Assembly: GCA_964187785.1 (NCBI GenBank)
Contig: OZ076409.1
Coordinates: 69,132,001 to 69,196,000, forward strand
Direction of reading: 5' to 3'
Length of the DNA stretch: 64,000 bases
Source of the DNA: Amphiscolops sp. MND2022
Taxonomy: Eukaryota
Shown: piece after piece, positions 35,301 through 46,300 of the stretch
Position numbering within the stretch: position 1 is the first letter of the stretch
How the letters are laid out: each line of letters begins with the position of its first letter
Notes under the pieces: generated by a model
What the model saw: the letters and a program-made list of their open reading frames with translations, nothing else
What the model was told of the DNA's origin: nothing
The model's database searches: none
Made by a program: the position numbers and the translations under genes

Positions 35301-38300
35301 TCAAGAGTTTAATAGGTTTACCATAAATATATAGACGGAAATGTTCTAGGCCCCAAACTACTGCCAGTAGTTCGAGTTCATTGATGGCGTATTTTTTTTC
35401 TGTGTGTGATAGGAAGCGACTTGCAAAACCAATGGGTTTTAGTGTTCCGTTCGGTTGTTCTTGCCATAAGGTTGCCCCTAGGCCTTTTGTGCTCGCGTCG
35501 GTTGTTATCACGTTTGGATAATCGGAGTTGTAATGTGCTAGACACGGTATTTCCGTGATCTTTTGTTTTAAATTTTCGAAAGTCCGTGTATGTTCTTCCG
35601 TCCAGAGCCATTTGGTATTTTTTTTCAACAACTGTCTCAGACTATCGGTTTGGGCGGAAAGGTTGTCAATATATTTTGACAAATACTGGATGGCTCCCAG
35701 AAAAGATTTTAATTCCTTTTCGTTGTTCGGTTGTTTCAGTTCTTTTATAGCCAGTAGTTTGTCTTGTAACGGTCGGATTCCGGCTTGATCAATCCGGTGA
35801 CCGATCCATTCAATTTCTGTTTTGAAAAACTCGGATTTTGTCTCACTCAGTCTGTATCCAGCGTTTTCGAGTTTGGTTAGGACGTCAATTAATTCTTTCA
35901 TGTGTTCTTCTTTGGATCCTTTCGTTACCACGATGATATCATCTAGCCATGCTGGATGTTTGTTTTCCAGTGTCTGGTCGATCTTTTCTTGGAATATCGT
36001 CGGTATATCCGCTAACCCATAAAATCCTTTTAGGAAGCGGTAGTAACCGGTGAAGTTTCCTCCGGTTACGGCGAATATGCACAAGTTTCTGGCTGATTTT
36101 GAAAGTATGAGCTGACCGTAGGCATAATCTAAATCGAATTTGGAAATCCAGATTTCATCTGCTGGACCGTCTGCTATTTTTCTCGATATTCTCGAAATTA
36201 GCTCTTCCATGTTCGGCATTTGAGCTTTTCGTTTCACGGTTATTTCGTTTAGCTTTCTTGAATCTAACGCAATTTTTACGGATTTATCTTTACCGTGATG
36301 ACTGCTGGGCTCACGAAGCAATTTTCGTCAATATTGTTGGCCTTTTCAATGTGGCCTTGTTTTATTAACTTTTCTATTTCTTTTTCCACCGATTGTTGCA
36401 AATGTATCGGTATGGGTCTTCCCTTCTGTTGTATCAATTTGGCATCTTCTTTCAGTTGTATTTTCACTTCTAGCCCGTTTACTGTATGGTTTTCATTGAA
36501 CAGCTTTTTGAATTTTGTTTTTAATTTGTTACATCTGGGTCTTCTTTTATTTGATGTATTTGTGGGACGGTCGTATCGGTCTCCAGCGTTATTCCCAATT
36601 TTTTCATCCAGTCCAAACCTAGCAGAGGGTTTGTTTTCTTGGTTGTTACTAGAAGCTCCAGTTCTTTTCGTGTTCCGTTAATTTCTACTTTCGCGGTTGT
36701 TTTCCCTTCAAATCGTATCCGGTTGCCATTCACGTACCGGTATTCGGTTTCTAAGGGGTGTAACGGTGTTAACTTGTTGAATTGTGATTTTAGTATTAGC
36801 GTTACTGGTGAACCGCTGTCTATTATGAATTTAATTGGTCGGTTGTTAACCAATGCGGTGATTGTGAAGAATTCCGGTCCGTTGCTGCTCATCTACCGGG
36901 TTGAACGTATCTTTTGTTTTACTGAATGGATTGTGTTCGGTGTCCAGTCGTCTTCACCTGCGCTGCTTGTTTCACCTTCCATTAAGTGGTTTACTCTTTT
37001 GTTTGCGCGGCAGCATTTAGCGAAATGGCCAATTTTGCTACATTTTGCACATTTCTTTCCTCTGGCGGGTCATTCATGTTGGCGTGACCAGTTCGGTGCT
37101 CCGCAACGGTTGCAGTCAATCTTTTTAAATTTTGCCGGTTTTTCTAGTTGTTCTTTTGTGGTTTTTGTTTTTCGTTTGTTTACATATCGGATTTTCTTCT
37201 CTTCCTCTGTTTCGGGTGAGTCGTTTAATTTTTCGTACATATACTCATGTATTGCATCGGTTATGGCTTCTACCGACATATCACTCTTTCTAATTTTCTT
37301 TTTCAAGTCGTAATCACCGGTTGATTTACCGATCAGTGACAAAAATTTTGATGCTATGAGTTCTGCTGCGGTAACTGTTTCAAACTCGCAGTTCTTTTCC
37401 ACTTCTAATATCCGTTTCCATACATATGCTGCAGTTTCGCCGTCTTCCCGTTTCAAATCAAATCCCGTTTCAAATCAACGCTCTGCTATGGTGTACGTTC
37501 CTCTCTGGGGTGAAGTGTAGTCGGAAGGGTGTGTAGAGTTTGCTCGGTTCTCTTTCCCTGACCGTCTTTGTCATCTCCGTGATAGCATTTTGTCCGATTG
37601 CCCAGATAAAAATGTCTTTTATATCTGTTTCGAGTTGTTCACGGTATTGTGGTAGGATTTCTTTGCTGTTCGTCATGGTTGACAAATCTATGTCTTTCGT
37701 CATTTTTATATATTGGACGAATTTTCTCCACCACATGCTTGCATTGGCTTGGTCTTGCTTTTCTAGCGTGGGAATGGTGAGCTTCTGGGTGCAGTTCCGG
37801 TCTGCCGTCCTGTTCATTGTGTCGTTCGGTAACATTTGTCCATCTCGTTGTGTTCCCGTTGACGTCTGTGTGTTCTCTCCGTCTCCCGTGTTTTCGTCCA
37901 TATTGAATGGTTACTTTCTCTTTTTGGTGTGAATCGTGTATAGCTTGAACGCTATTCTGACTGCGCCATGTTGTAATCTAGCTTTATGGTTAAAGAAGTA
38001 TCTCAGTACAAAACTCAATTGTTTTCTAGCTTACTATACAAGCTTTCTGATAGTAGATCATCTGCGCTTAAGTGGCAGGTATTTAAATAAAAGAACATCA
38101 AATACAAGTGTAGTAGACAGTTTATAGACTAATTAAGTTAATTGTCTGCACTCTCTACAAGAACAGACACGGTCAAATAGCAGTTTGCAAAACATAGAAA
38201 AATCTTGCCAATGTAATAGTCGTGCGCATTTTCTGGTAAAATGTGCCGACTAAAAACGAGACATTCTAGAGGTGCTTGATTGATTCATCACCATTGATGT

Positions 38301-41294
38301 CGGCCAAGTCTTGAGAAACGATGTTTTGTTTGAAAGTGCTTATTTCAATGCTAGAACCAACATGAATACTTTGTGAAGAAGCTTATGCGATAGGTGACTG
38401 AGTGGGTTTCAAAATTATCATTTGTTTTTATTGCTTTTTCATCCTATCTTTTGTAATTGGTTATAGTTTCAATTATTGTCCAAATCCGGATTTGAATCTT
38501 CAATGCAATTCCGTACATGGGATCACATAATCAACACAACTCCATGCGATTCCAAAAATGGAACCAAGACATGCATGCTTTATTTGACATTCCATGCATG
38601 ACACCAAATGGGTCCCTTCTGGGTCCCTATGGAACTAATTAGTGTTTCGTATGGAATCATACAAAATTCATGGAATTCATAAATAATAGATATGGATACA
38701 AAATCAAAAACTAAACCTAACGTCAGAAAAATCGATTTTTTGGTTTTTATTTTTTAGAAGCATCAGGCCAACCAATTAAAGTTTGTACGGTTCAGTATCA
38801 GACTCTTTGTCACGTACGTAATATCAAGGGGTTGTTTTTTGCGCAATAAACATTACAGTTGTGTTTCAAATGTCCTTTCACTCAGACAGCGAATAAACCT
38901 TTTGATCGCAAAACAAAAATCACTTCAATTTATATTTCAGATTTTGAATTTTTTAGGCTGTTCCATGACAAAAATGACTGTGACTGTTAAATGCTGACCG
39001 CTTTCTAGCACATTCTTGTAAATTAACAAATATTCTGAATACTTGAATCAATTTACATGTAAACATCGGGACATTGTCATTTTCAAGCCCTTTTTGATAT
39101 TGAAAATTGGTATTGATCATTATAATGATCGATAACCAATTTTCAGTCTAGTTTGCTTTCATAACTATCGAAATTTTGCGTGAATTAGGTCATAATTCCA
39201 TGCATGAAACCATGGTGTTTCTTGCGATTCCACGGATAGAAACGACATGAAATTGTCGTATGGAACCGTATGGTTCCATGCATGTAACAGGATGCTGCGT
39301 TTGATCTCAATAAGAAGGAAGTTAGTTATTATACAATTTGAAGTTGAATGAACAAAAAGTGCCCATGTTGAGCTTTCCTTGAGAATCTGTAAAGATCTGT
39401 GAGCCAATTTTCCTTGAGGATCTGTAAAGATCGTGCCACTGCTACGTAAGGACAACTGCAGATCTGCAAGGATCTTTACAGATGCTCAAAGATTTTCTGT
39501 ACAGATTTTTCAGGAAAACTGTTTCCTGACCTTATAGTGAAACTATGCATTTCTTTTTTTGGGCTACTTCAATAAATATTCTTGCTGACTAAGGCTCAGT
39601 CAGTTGAAAATCTCCATCACTCAAAATTTTTGAGCAGGAAATCTTATTCCCATCTGGTGTTTTGGGAATGTTCGGTGTTGGTTATACACGTAATTTATCC
39701 ATTTCACTTGAACTTTCCAGAAGTGGTTTTTCAACTTTGAGAGGCTCGTTTGCCATATTGACTTCGTACTTTTTAATCAACTAATTTCATTTTCAAAAAC
39801 TGAATTTATGACTATTCAATTTTCGAATAATCCTGGAATATCGGTCTGCTCAATATGGGTGTTTTTTTCCAAAATTTAACATGCTCCAACATTTTATAGG
39901 TAAAAATGTACACAAACGAAACCATATTTTTATGTTGTCGATGCTTGGAATGAAACAACTCCGGAGAAAAGTTTTCGTATTCAATAAAAAATGGGAAAAT
40001 GGAAACAAAGGATACTTAGGTTATGAAACTTAAACTGATTTCTTAACTCATCTAATGTTTAAATCAAAGCTCTTAATATATGGCAGGTAAATAGCATAGT
40101 ATGTGCTTTTTGTTTGTACAATACGATGTTAATACAACTCATGATTCATACTGTGAATGACCCAAAAAAGACATTATTGCTAGAAACGATGATATTGGCG
40201 AAACATCGCGGTACTTGGAACTTCTTATTTTTCTGATGTTAAGCAAAAACTTTTTGTTTCTAATATAACTAATTCGATTGCAATTGTGAATATCTATGTT
40301 GAAGCAATGTCGTGTCATTTTTTGCTTCTTTTTCCTCAAATTAGTCAGAACGTTCACCTTTGTAGTATGGAAAATGTTTTTTTTCTGTATAATTAATGAT
40401 GCAAGCCTTGGTTCACAGACGACAACGGGCGCCAACCGGATGTCTCCAACATTTATACCTGTGGGGCAGAGACACTTTTGATTTTATGTATTCAATACAC
40501 TCTTGAAAAATTTGGAATATCAGAGAAAAAATATCTTAGATTATTTTAAAAACTTGCTCAGTAGAAATTAAAACTTTTCGGCTTCTCTCTCCGTTGTGGA
40601 GAATGATCATCTCTTGAACCGATTACGTATGAAAACTAACAACTTGTAAATGCATTCGAGTTGCTAACTGTAGTGAATTTTTCTGAATCATCGAAAAAGC
40701 CCTGAATGTAAAACTTAAACCTTGCTTGAATGCCAAAATTTAAAGAAAATCAATCTTGAACATTGAGACGACGCGTAGAGAAGCTATTCAGTTCCTTGAA
40801 TTGCACAATTGAGAATACCCCATTTTCGTAGGAATTACAAAAAGGAGGAGAGCATTTCTTATAGAATCTCAAAAAGTTATAAATGGAAGAATTGAAATGA
40901 ACATATATTCGTAATAAATAACGTAAAAAGACCCATCTAGGGAACGCTCAAAGTCCCTTTGAACGCTCAAAGTTCGTTAATTTTTTCGCCAAGAAAAAAT
41001 CCAATATCCAACCTTTTCTCCAGTGACAGTATGTAGCCCCTCCCGCACCTTCGCAAATGACCCCTCCCCCAACGTTTTGCCTAACAAGTAGTTTCCCACT
41101 CTTTTCGTATGGGGGTACTTCTCAAGAACCTCTCCGGGCACATTAGTGACCTCTTTGGGCAAAGGGGGGATTCCGGCCAGGTCTCCCAGACACGTGACTG
41201 CCCGCTTGGGGGGCTCATTGGGCACAGAATTGGGAACTGTCCCCCCTCCATTCGCAGCTGCAGCCGAAGCAGCTGCCGAGGCAGACACTGTCAT
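19734..41294 (-). CDS. HUNK: Hormonally up-regulated Neu-associated kinase orthologue (AMPK-related CAMK Ser/Thr kinase), 11 coding exons, about 746 aa
   Basis: Exons 41294-41013, 31952-31750, 31416-31327, 31000-30945, 30671-30524, 27781-27654, 26792-26659, 25062-24757, 24295-24179, 20826-20666, 20349-19734. All introns GT-AG with matching phases, 2241 nt in total. Signature KRVGNYLLGKTLGEGSFAKVREGLH-GEKVAIKVIDKKRAKEDSYVHKNLRREG-ETENSYYLVMELC, plus HRDLKVEN, DFG and TQCGSPAYAAPE. Confidence 0.93.
20666..20826 (-). CDS. HUNK: HUNK coding exon 10
   Basis: Acceptor TTTCAG, donor GTTAGT, phase 0/2 matching the last exon. Confidence 0.7.
21440..22110. mobile_element. Two partial HINE family copies in opposite orientation
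   Basis: GGCGCCGACTTGTT at about 21796-21809 and AACAAGCCTGGAACGGCCCAAGTCGGCGC at about 21867. Confidence 0.6.
22120..22278 (+). repeat. Minisatellite, about 22-bp unit (TCCGAACTTTGAAAACGTTA) x about 7
   Basis: Directly visible tandem units. Confidence 0.85.
22642..23329 (+). mobile_element. HINE family copy (opposite orientation)
   Basis: TTTTTAGTCGGCGC...CCGACTAT at the start; GCCGACATGAGACGTTCTTGACTTGTT at the end. Confidence 0.65.
24179..24295 (-). CDS. HUNK: HUNK coding exon 9
   Basis: Acceptor TTTTCCAG, donor GAG|GTTAGA, phase 0/0. Confidence 0.7.
24757..25062 (-). CDS. HUNK: HUNK coding exon 8 (UBA-like region)
   Basis: IKAESLNRSVLKFME...SAYNLL, phase 0/0, donor GTAGGA. Confidence 0.82.
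25139..25237 (+). repeat. 15-bp tandem array GAAATTTCGTCGTCR
   Basis: About 6 units. Confidence 0.9.
25515..25615. repeat. 101-bp spacerless palindrome
   Basis: Arms 25515-25565 and 25566-25615 are reverse complements with one mismatch and one G/C-run indel. Confidence 0.92.
25721..25828 (+). repeat. 15-bp tandem array GAAATTTCGTCGTCG
   Basis: About 7 units. The downstream flank is homologous to about 52850-53030. Confidence 0.9.
26659..26792 (-). CDS. HUNK: HUNK coding exon 7 (end of kinase domain)
   Basis: CIDLLKKLMNPDPTERISLEEAMNNDWINEGY...PFPNK. Confidence 0.9.
27654..27781 (-). CDS. HUNK: HUNK coding exon 6
   Basis: GVNMYAMLTGGLPFTAEPFSIKVLYQKM... Confidence 0.92.
28476..29295. mobile_element. 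Non-autonomous TIR element (CC(C)GGGTT.ACCCTC ends) containing a nested MITE at 28661-29191
   Basis: Outer TIR about 14 bp with CAAGATCTT subterminal repeats and AT flanks. Inner TIR CCCT.GT.G...TGCT.GAACTTTTTAC.TG about 32 bp with an AT duplication. Confidence 0.65.
30524..30671 (-). CDS. HUNK: HUNK coding exon 5 (activation loop)
   Basis: DFGLSR...TQCGSPAYAAPELL...DVWS, donor GTAAGC. Confidence 0.93.
30945..31000 (-). CDS. HUNK: HUNK coding exon 4
   Basis: DLKVENLLLDEKKNMKLI, donor GTGAGT. Confidence 0.92.
31327..31416 (-). CDS. HUNK: HUNK coding exon 3
   Basis: KSLPEKETRKYVRQIISAVDHLHRAGILH. Confidence 0.92.
31750..31952 (-). CDS. HUNK: HUNK coding exon 2
   Basis: VAIKVIDKK...MELCSGGDMMEYLKI, AG/GT flanks. 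Confidence 0.93.
32102..32291 (-). repeat. 3' LTR of element 2
   Basis: Direct repeat of 37969-38159. Confidence 0.96.
32464..34866 (-). CDS. Predicted spliced accessory ORF nested in pol of element 2: join(34866-33969,33376-33285,33108-32739,32525-32464), 473 aa
   Basis: ATG in AAAATGG context. Donors G|GTAAGA, A|GTTAGT, G|GTAAGG; acceptors CATTTCAG, TTAACCAG, ATTACAG. Fully open ATG to TAG although the unspliced frame is broken. Confidence 0.65.
32464..37901 (-). pseudogene. gag-pol polyprotein of element 2 (frameshifted)
   Basis: Gag CNRC..H, protease IIDSGS, RT WLDD, RNase H TTDAS, integrase H-H-CIPC and IQLDF/TDK/VER core, split across several frames. Confidence 0.92.
37969..38159 (-). 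repeat. 5' LTR of element 2
   Basis: Direct repeat of 32102-32291, adjacent to the PBS. Confidence 0.96.
39362..39859. mobile_element. MITE with CCCATGTTGAGC TIRs and 2-bp TSD (EnSpm/CACTA-like)
   Basis: CCCATGTTGAGC ... GCTCAATATGGG, flanked by TG/TG. Homologous to 60658-62014. Confidence 0.75.
41013..41294 (-). CDS. HUNK: HUNK coding exon 1 (N-terminus, Gly-rich loop)
   Basis: MTVSAS...GEGSFAKVREGLHTVTGEK. Donor AAG|GTTGGA. Upstream acceptor TTTTACACAG at 41350. Confidence 0.9.
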
Positions 41295-43002
41295 TGGTCA
41301 GTCACTCTCTCCCAAACGTGATAGCTTCTTGGACATTCATGCAGCGTTTCTGTGTAAAAATAAAATATATAAACATACAACATGATACAATATACTATGA
41401 CATAATAAATAAAACAATAAAACGGCCAAAATCGTTCGATCTCTGGTATTTATCCAACGAGGTTATCTCACCATGTGAGGTCATCTGACACGGTTAAAAT
41501 AACGATTACCCGTGCACTTGTATATTCCGAGCAACTTCTTTTGAGCATCTTCAGTTGGAATTTCCCAAACTTGGAGCCAGTTAAAAGAGACTAGAGTTCA
41601 ATTTGGTCATTGCGAAAAATTTTTCATAATCACATTTTTCAAAAAACCTTTACCAGTCCTAGTTTCGTCAAAGGGTTGTTCATATGGAAACAAATAAATT
41701 TGAAACTTCAGAGAATATACGAAAGTCATCAAGATGCAATTAACGTAATTACGAACATAAATGTAAAGTTTAATCGTAAAAAAACAACGTAATGAGTTCT
41801 CTTTGAAGATTGAAATTTCAACTAAAGTGGAAGGAAAAGTAACTTACGGTATCTGGAAATAATATGAAGATTCCAATTGTATTCGATAATATTCACATCG
41901 ATCAATCATTCAACAAAAGAGGAGAAATTACTATATGGCAAAATTGTGTAAATACTCTCAACGATTTGTAGAATATGCCCCCGGGCTGATGTTTCTATTA
42001 ATTGAACCGGCGGGGAGATTCATCGGCGTTACATTTTTTCATACCAAAAGAGCCTAATGTAATGGATTTGTGGATTTCTCTACAAATTTGATTCACAATT
42101 GATTTACTAGATGGCAATTTTGGTAACCAACGCGTGCCTTCCAAATGTTCTTTTGTTCCGAAATCCATAAAATTAAAAAGCAGATGTTTTAACGTTTTTG
42201 TGGATCAATTCAAAAAGAAATAACATCTCAACCGCATATCCAGTTTAAACAGATTGGATTATACCGACGAAGCAAAATAAACGCATGCTCATATACTCCT
42301 TTTACGTCGACAAAAAAAAACAACTTCGTCTTGAAACAAATTAGGGGAGGAGAAAAGTGAAATGACACAACTGCTTTTGCTCAGCATTCTGAAATTCAGT
42401 TATTCTGAATTGTGCACGTATTTCATGCCTTAAAGTCCAGTTAAGCATGAAAATTTTGACATCTTTAGAGTACCGAATCAGATGAAAAAAATGGTGCTTC
42501 GGTACAGATATTGCCTTTGAAGCAAATTGTTCACACCTTTCAGTTTTCAAGGGTAAATATTATTTTCGCAGGTACGATATTCAAAAAAGACGCTTTCAAT
42601 GTTGATTTTAATAATGTAAATTCAAATGTACAAAAATATTGTGACAGGTTTTCTTCAAATATCGACTCTTTAGCATTTCATTAATTTCAGTACGGTTATC
42701 CTATTTAAGAATTGGATTTTAAATGAAACAATCCTAGTAGTCAAAAACCGGCATTCTAGCAAAATTCTTCATAGAGATGAAAAATCTTTGATGATATACA
42801 TATCTTCAGCTGCTGTAGTTTGGCTAGAAATGTGAAATAGCTACATGAAAGGCTTGCGAAGAAACAAAAAAAATGAGATCACTGATTTTGAATTGATATG
42901 AATATTATTTTGCGTTTAGCATGTCAATGATCAAAAACCAACCCCATAGAACCATAATATGATCATACCATGATCATAATCACGTCACGACCTTAGGACG
43001 GC

Positions 43003-43237
43003 TGTGTCATCATCATGACCCCCTACCATAGATTTAGTACATACCGTAACATACGGGTTTAGACAGAGAGACTCGGTTGTTTACCAACAAAACTATAATT
43101 GCTGTCACTTTATGTTACCATATTTTGATACCATTATGTTGTTTAGTATAGAGAGAGATAACTTGATACTGAAAGAGATTTGAGTTGAAGTCTCAAAACA
43201 AAACCTTGTTTTAACCGTAGAATATCAGATTACAACA
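43003..43237 (+). repeat. 5' LTR of element 3
   Basis: Direct repeat of 48666-48904. Confidence 0.93.
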
Positions 43238-43300
43238 TGGCGCAGTAGCAAGATCCTATTTTTACCGTGTAAAAACCCATTTTACCCAACAAAAGAAACA

Positions 43301-46300
43301 ATGGCAACAACCACAAACAACATACTACTCCCTAATTTGAAGGCACCGGACTTGACGGAAAGAAATTATATACCCCCAAAAAATGGACCGAACGAATGAG
43401 ACACTATATCAAACGGATCCATGACATTGATATAAAACCGGCTTTATCCGGCGAAACAATGCCCACGAACAACGAATGGACGGAAAAGGAACCCACGATA
43501 AGACAAGATTTTATCTGGGGAGGCGGACCATGCGCGATAGAAATAATCTCAAAAGGAGACTTCAACACCGACCCAGACACGATCAACACCGAAAAACTAA
43601 AACAACTATTCAAAGACTACTACATGCCAAAACGCAATACCTTCCACAATCGTGGAGATTTCTTCTGGGAAAAACAAGAAGAAAATGAGACACCAGAAGA
43701 CCACTGGCGAAAATTAGTATCACTAGAAAAAGACTGCGATTTCAAAGATATCAAACAGGAAGACCTACTAATATCAAAATTCATCACCAGCATTACCGAC
43801 AAGAAATTACGGGAAAAAACACAAAACTTGAAAACCACCGTGGATTTAGTAACCCAAGACAGCTACGACAAGAGACATAAACAATCAACAACCCCCCCCA
43901 CCATTCGCAAGAGAGAAAGAAACAAAAGAGGAACCAATACAAAAAATAGCACCACGGGACAGACAAAACTACCGGAAAAAAACCGAAAAGACAACAAAAA
44001 ACAACAACTGTGGATTCTGTGGACAACAAAATTGGTCCCCACAACACGAATGCCCCGCAAAGACCGTGGAATGTAACAACTGCCACAAAATAGGACACTT
44101 CGCGAGAGTGTGCCGCACCAAAACAGACAATACAAGAAGACAGAGAGTTAACTACCACAAAGCGGCCAACAGCGAAGAAGAAGAGAGCGAACCGGAAGAA
44201 AATCAACAAATAACCCAAATTAACAAAATACTACCGGACAAAAATGATAATTACGGCATAAAATTGAAAATCAACGGGAAATATCAAAACTTTTCCATCG
44301 ACACCGGATCTCCGGTCACTATCATGCCAAACAACCCGAAACTATACAACCCAAAAGATATACACCCACTGAAAGAAAGATACCAAGACGTAAACAAAAA
44401 CGAGATCAAGCTCCTGGGAAGAGTATGGTCAAACATCGAATACAACGGCGAAACCGAAAAACTACCAATACTTATCACACAAAGCGACGACATCACACCA
44501 CTAATAGGTGTGAATTGGCTTAAACAAATACCAATTACCATCAACAAAATTCTATCGAACGAACACACCAACCAATCTAATAACATCCACCCAAAATTCC
44601 ACAAACTACTTGAAACGAACCATACAATCAAGAACGCGGAAGTGAAAATCCAAATGAAACCCAGATGTTACCCCATACAACTAAAAGCCAAACCAATACC
44701 ATACCACCTCCAGAAAGACGTAAAAAACGGACTAGACCGACTAATAAAATCCGGACACCTTGAAAGACTAGAAACAACTGAAGAAGACTGTTTTGTATCA
44801 CCCGTAGTAAGTACGATAAAGAAAGACAAGACAGTAAAAATCGCACTAGATGCACGCAAACTGAATGATAGCTCTGTGAAAAAAGACCGCATATGCCAAA
44901 CATGGAAGAATTATTAAACCAAAGATCCGCCGAACTATCAAGAAATAACCACGATCCAATCTGGATATCCGTGATAGACCTTGATTACGCCTACGGACAG
45001 ATGAAATTAGCACCGGAAACAAGCAAACACTGTAACTTCGCCGTAACCGGCGAAAACATGAATGGCTACTACCGATTCCTGAAGGGATTCTACGGTCCAG
45101 CAGATATACCAACGATTTTCCAAGAGAAAAATGATAGAACACTGGGCCACCAACTACCAGTCTGATTTGACGACATCATTATCGGAACAAAAGAAGAACA
45201 CACCCGAAAGTTTCATTCGGCACTCTCCAAACTAGAAAACGAGGGGTACCGAGCAAGCAAGAAAAAAATCAAAATTTTACCAAAAAGAAACAGTATGGCT
45301 CGGACATGCAATATCACAAGACAATATTAGACCAAACAAAAAAAACGGACGCAATCAACAAATTGAAACCCCCCACAAACACCAAAACACTAAAATCAAT
45401 TCTCGGCGCGATACAATACTTTGCAGAATTTATACCCAACATTTCTGAGAAAACCGACAACATGAGACAACTACTCAAAAAAGGAACAAAATGGGACTGG
45501 ACGACGGACAGAAATGCAGATTTCAACAAAATAAAACAAGAACTGGCAAAATTACCCTGCCTAGCACACTACATTGGTAACAAGGAAAATTTTGTCTTCA
45601 CAGATGCTAGCGACACCGGACTGGGAAAAGCACTATGGCAGAAACAAAGCAACAATGAGCTAAAACCGATCGCATTCTCCTCCAGTCGCTATCTAAGCAG
45701 CGCTGAAAAAATACTCGATCGGCGAAATAGAACTACTAGCCGTAGGGGAGAGTATTAGATTCCACCTATACGGAAAACAAGTACAACTATTCTCCGACCA
45801 CCAAGCACTGGAGCCACTTGTAAAGAGAAACAAAGCAAACAAACAATACAATGCACGACTGACACGGTGACTGGACAGATTATACCACTTCGACATCAGC
45901 CTAAAACACACCGCGGGCAAAGAAATCAAATTCACCGATTTTATTAGTTGCAATCATACCAAAAATCCGGAACCGGAAGAAAATTACGAAGAAGAACTCG
46001 TAATCAACGCCATCGCCCAACTAGCGACGGTAAACACCCAGATAGAACGGATTTTCAACCAATCAGACGGCGAGAACGAGACAAACGGAATAAACATGCA
46101 TGATACGCGCTCGCTAATTGACACGCGACGCCATCAAACAAACACCAGCCTTTATGACTCTAATTAACGTGCACAACAGCTACATCCAAATACGTACAAC
46201 AATAACCACCATTCCGAAATGGACAACGATCAACACGCACGCTATTTCCGCGTGGACGGACACCTTCGTTACCATTGGGGTGCAGACCAAGAAATCATGA

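Larger units (their letters stand above)
32102..38159 (-). mobile_element. Ty3/Gypsy (Mag-like) LTR retrotransposon, element 2, in the HUNK intron between coding exons 1 and 2, sense orientation
   Basis: LTRs 37969-38159 and 32102-32291 (1 substitution and 1 indel). TSD AGAAC at 32097-32101 and 38160-38164. PBS TGGCGCAGTC at 37968-37959. PPT GAGGGGGGAAA at 32302-32292. Confidence 0.97.
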
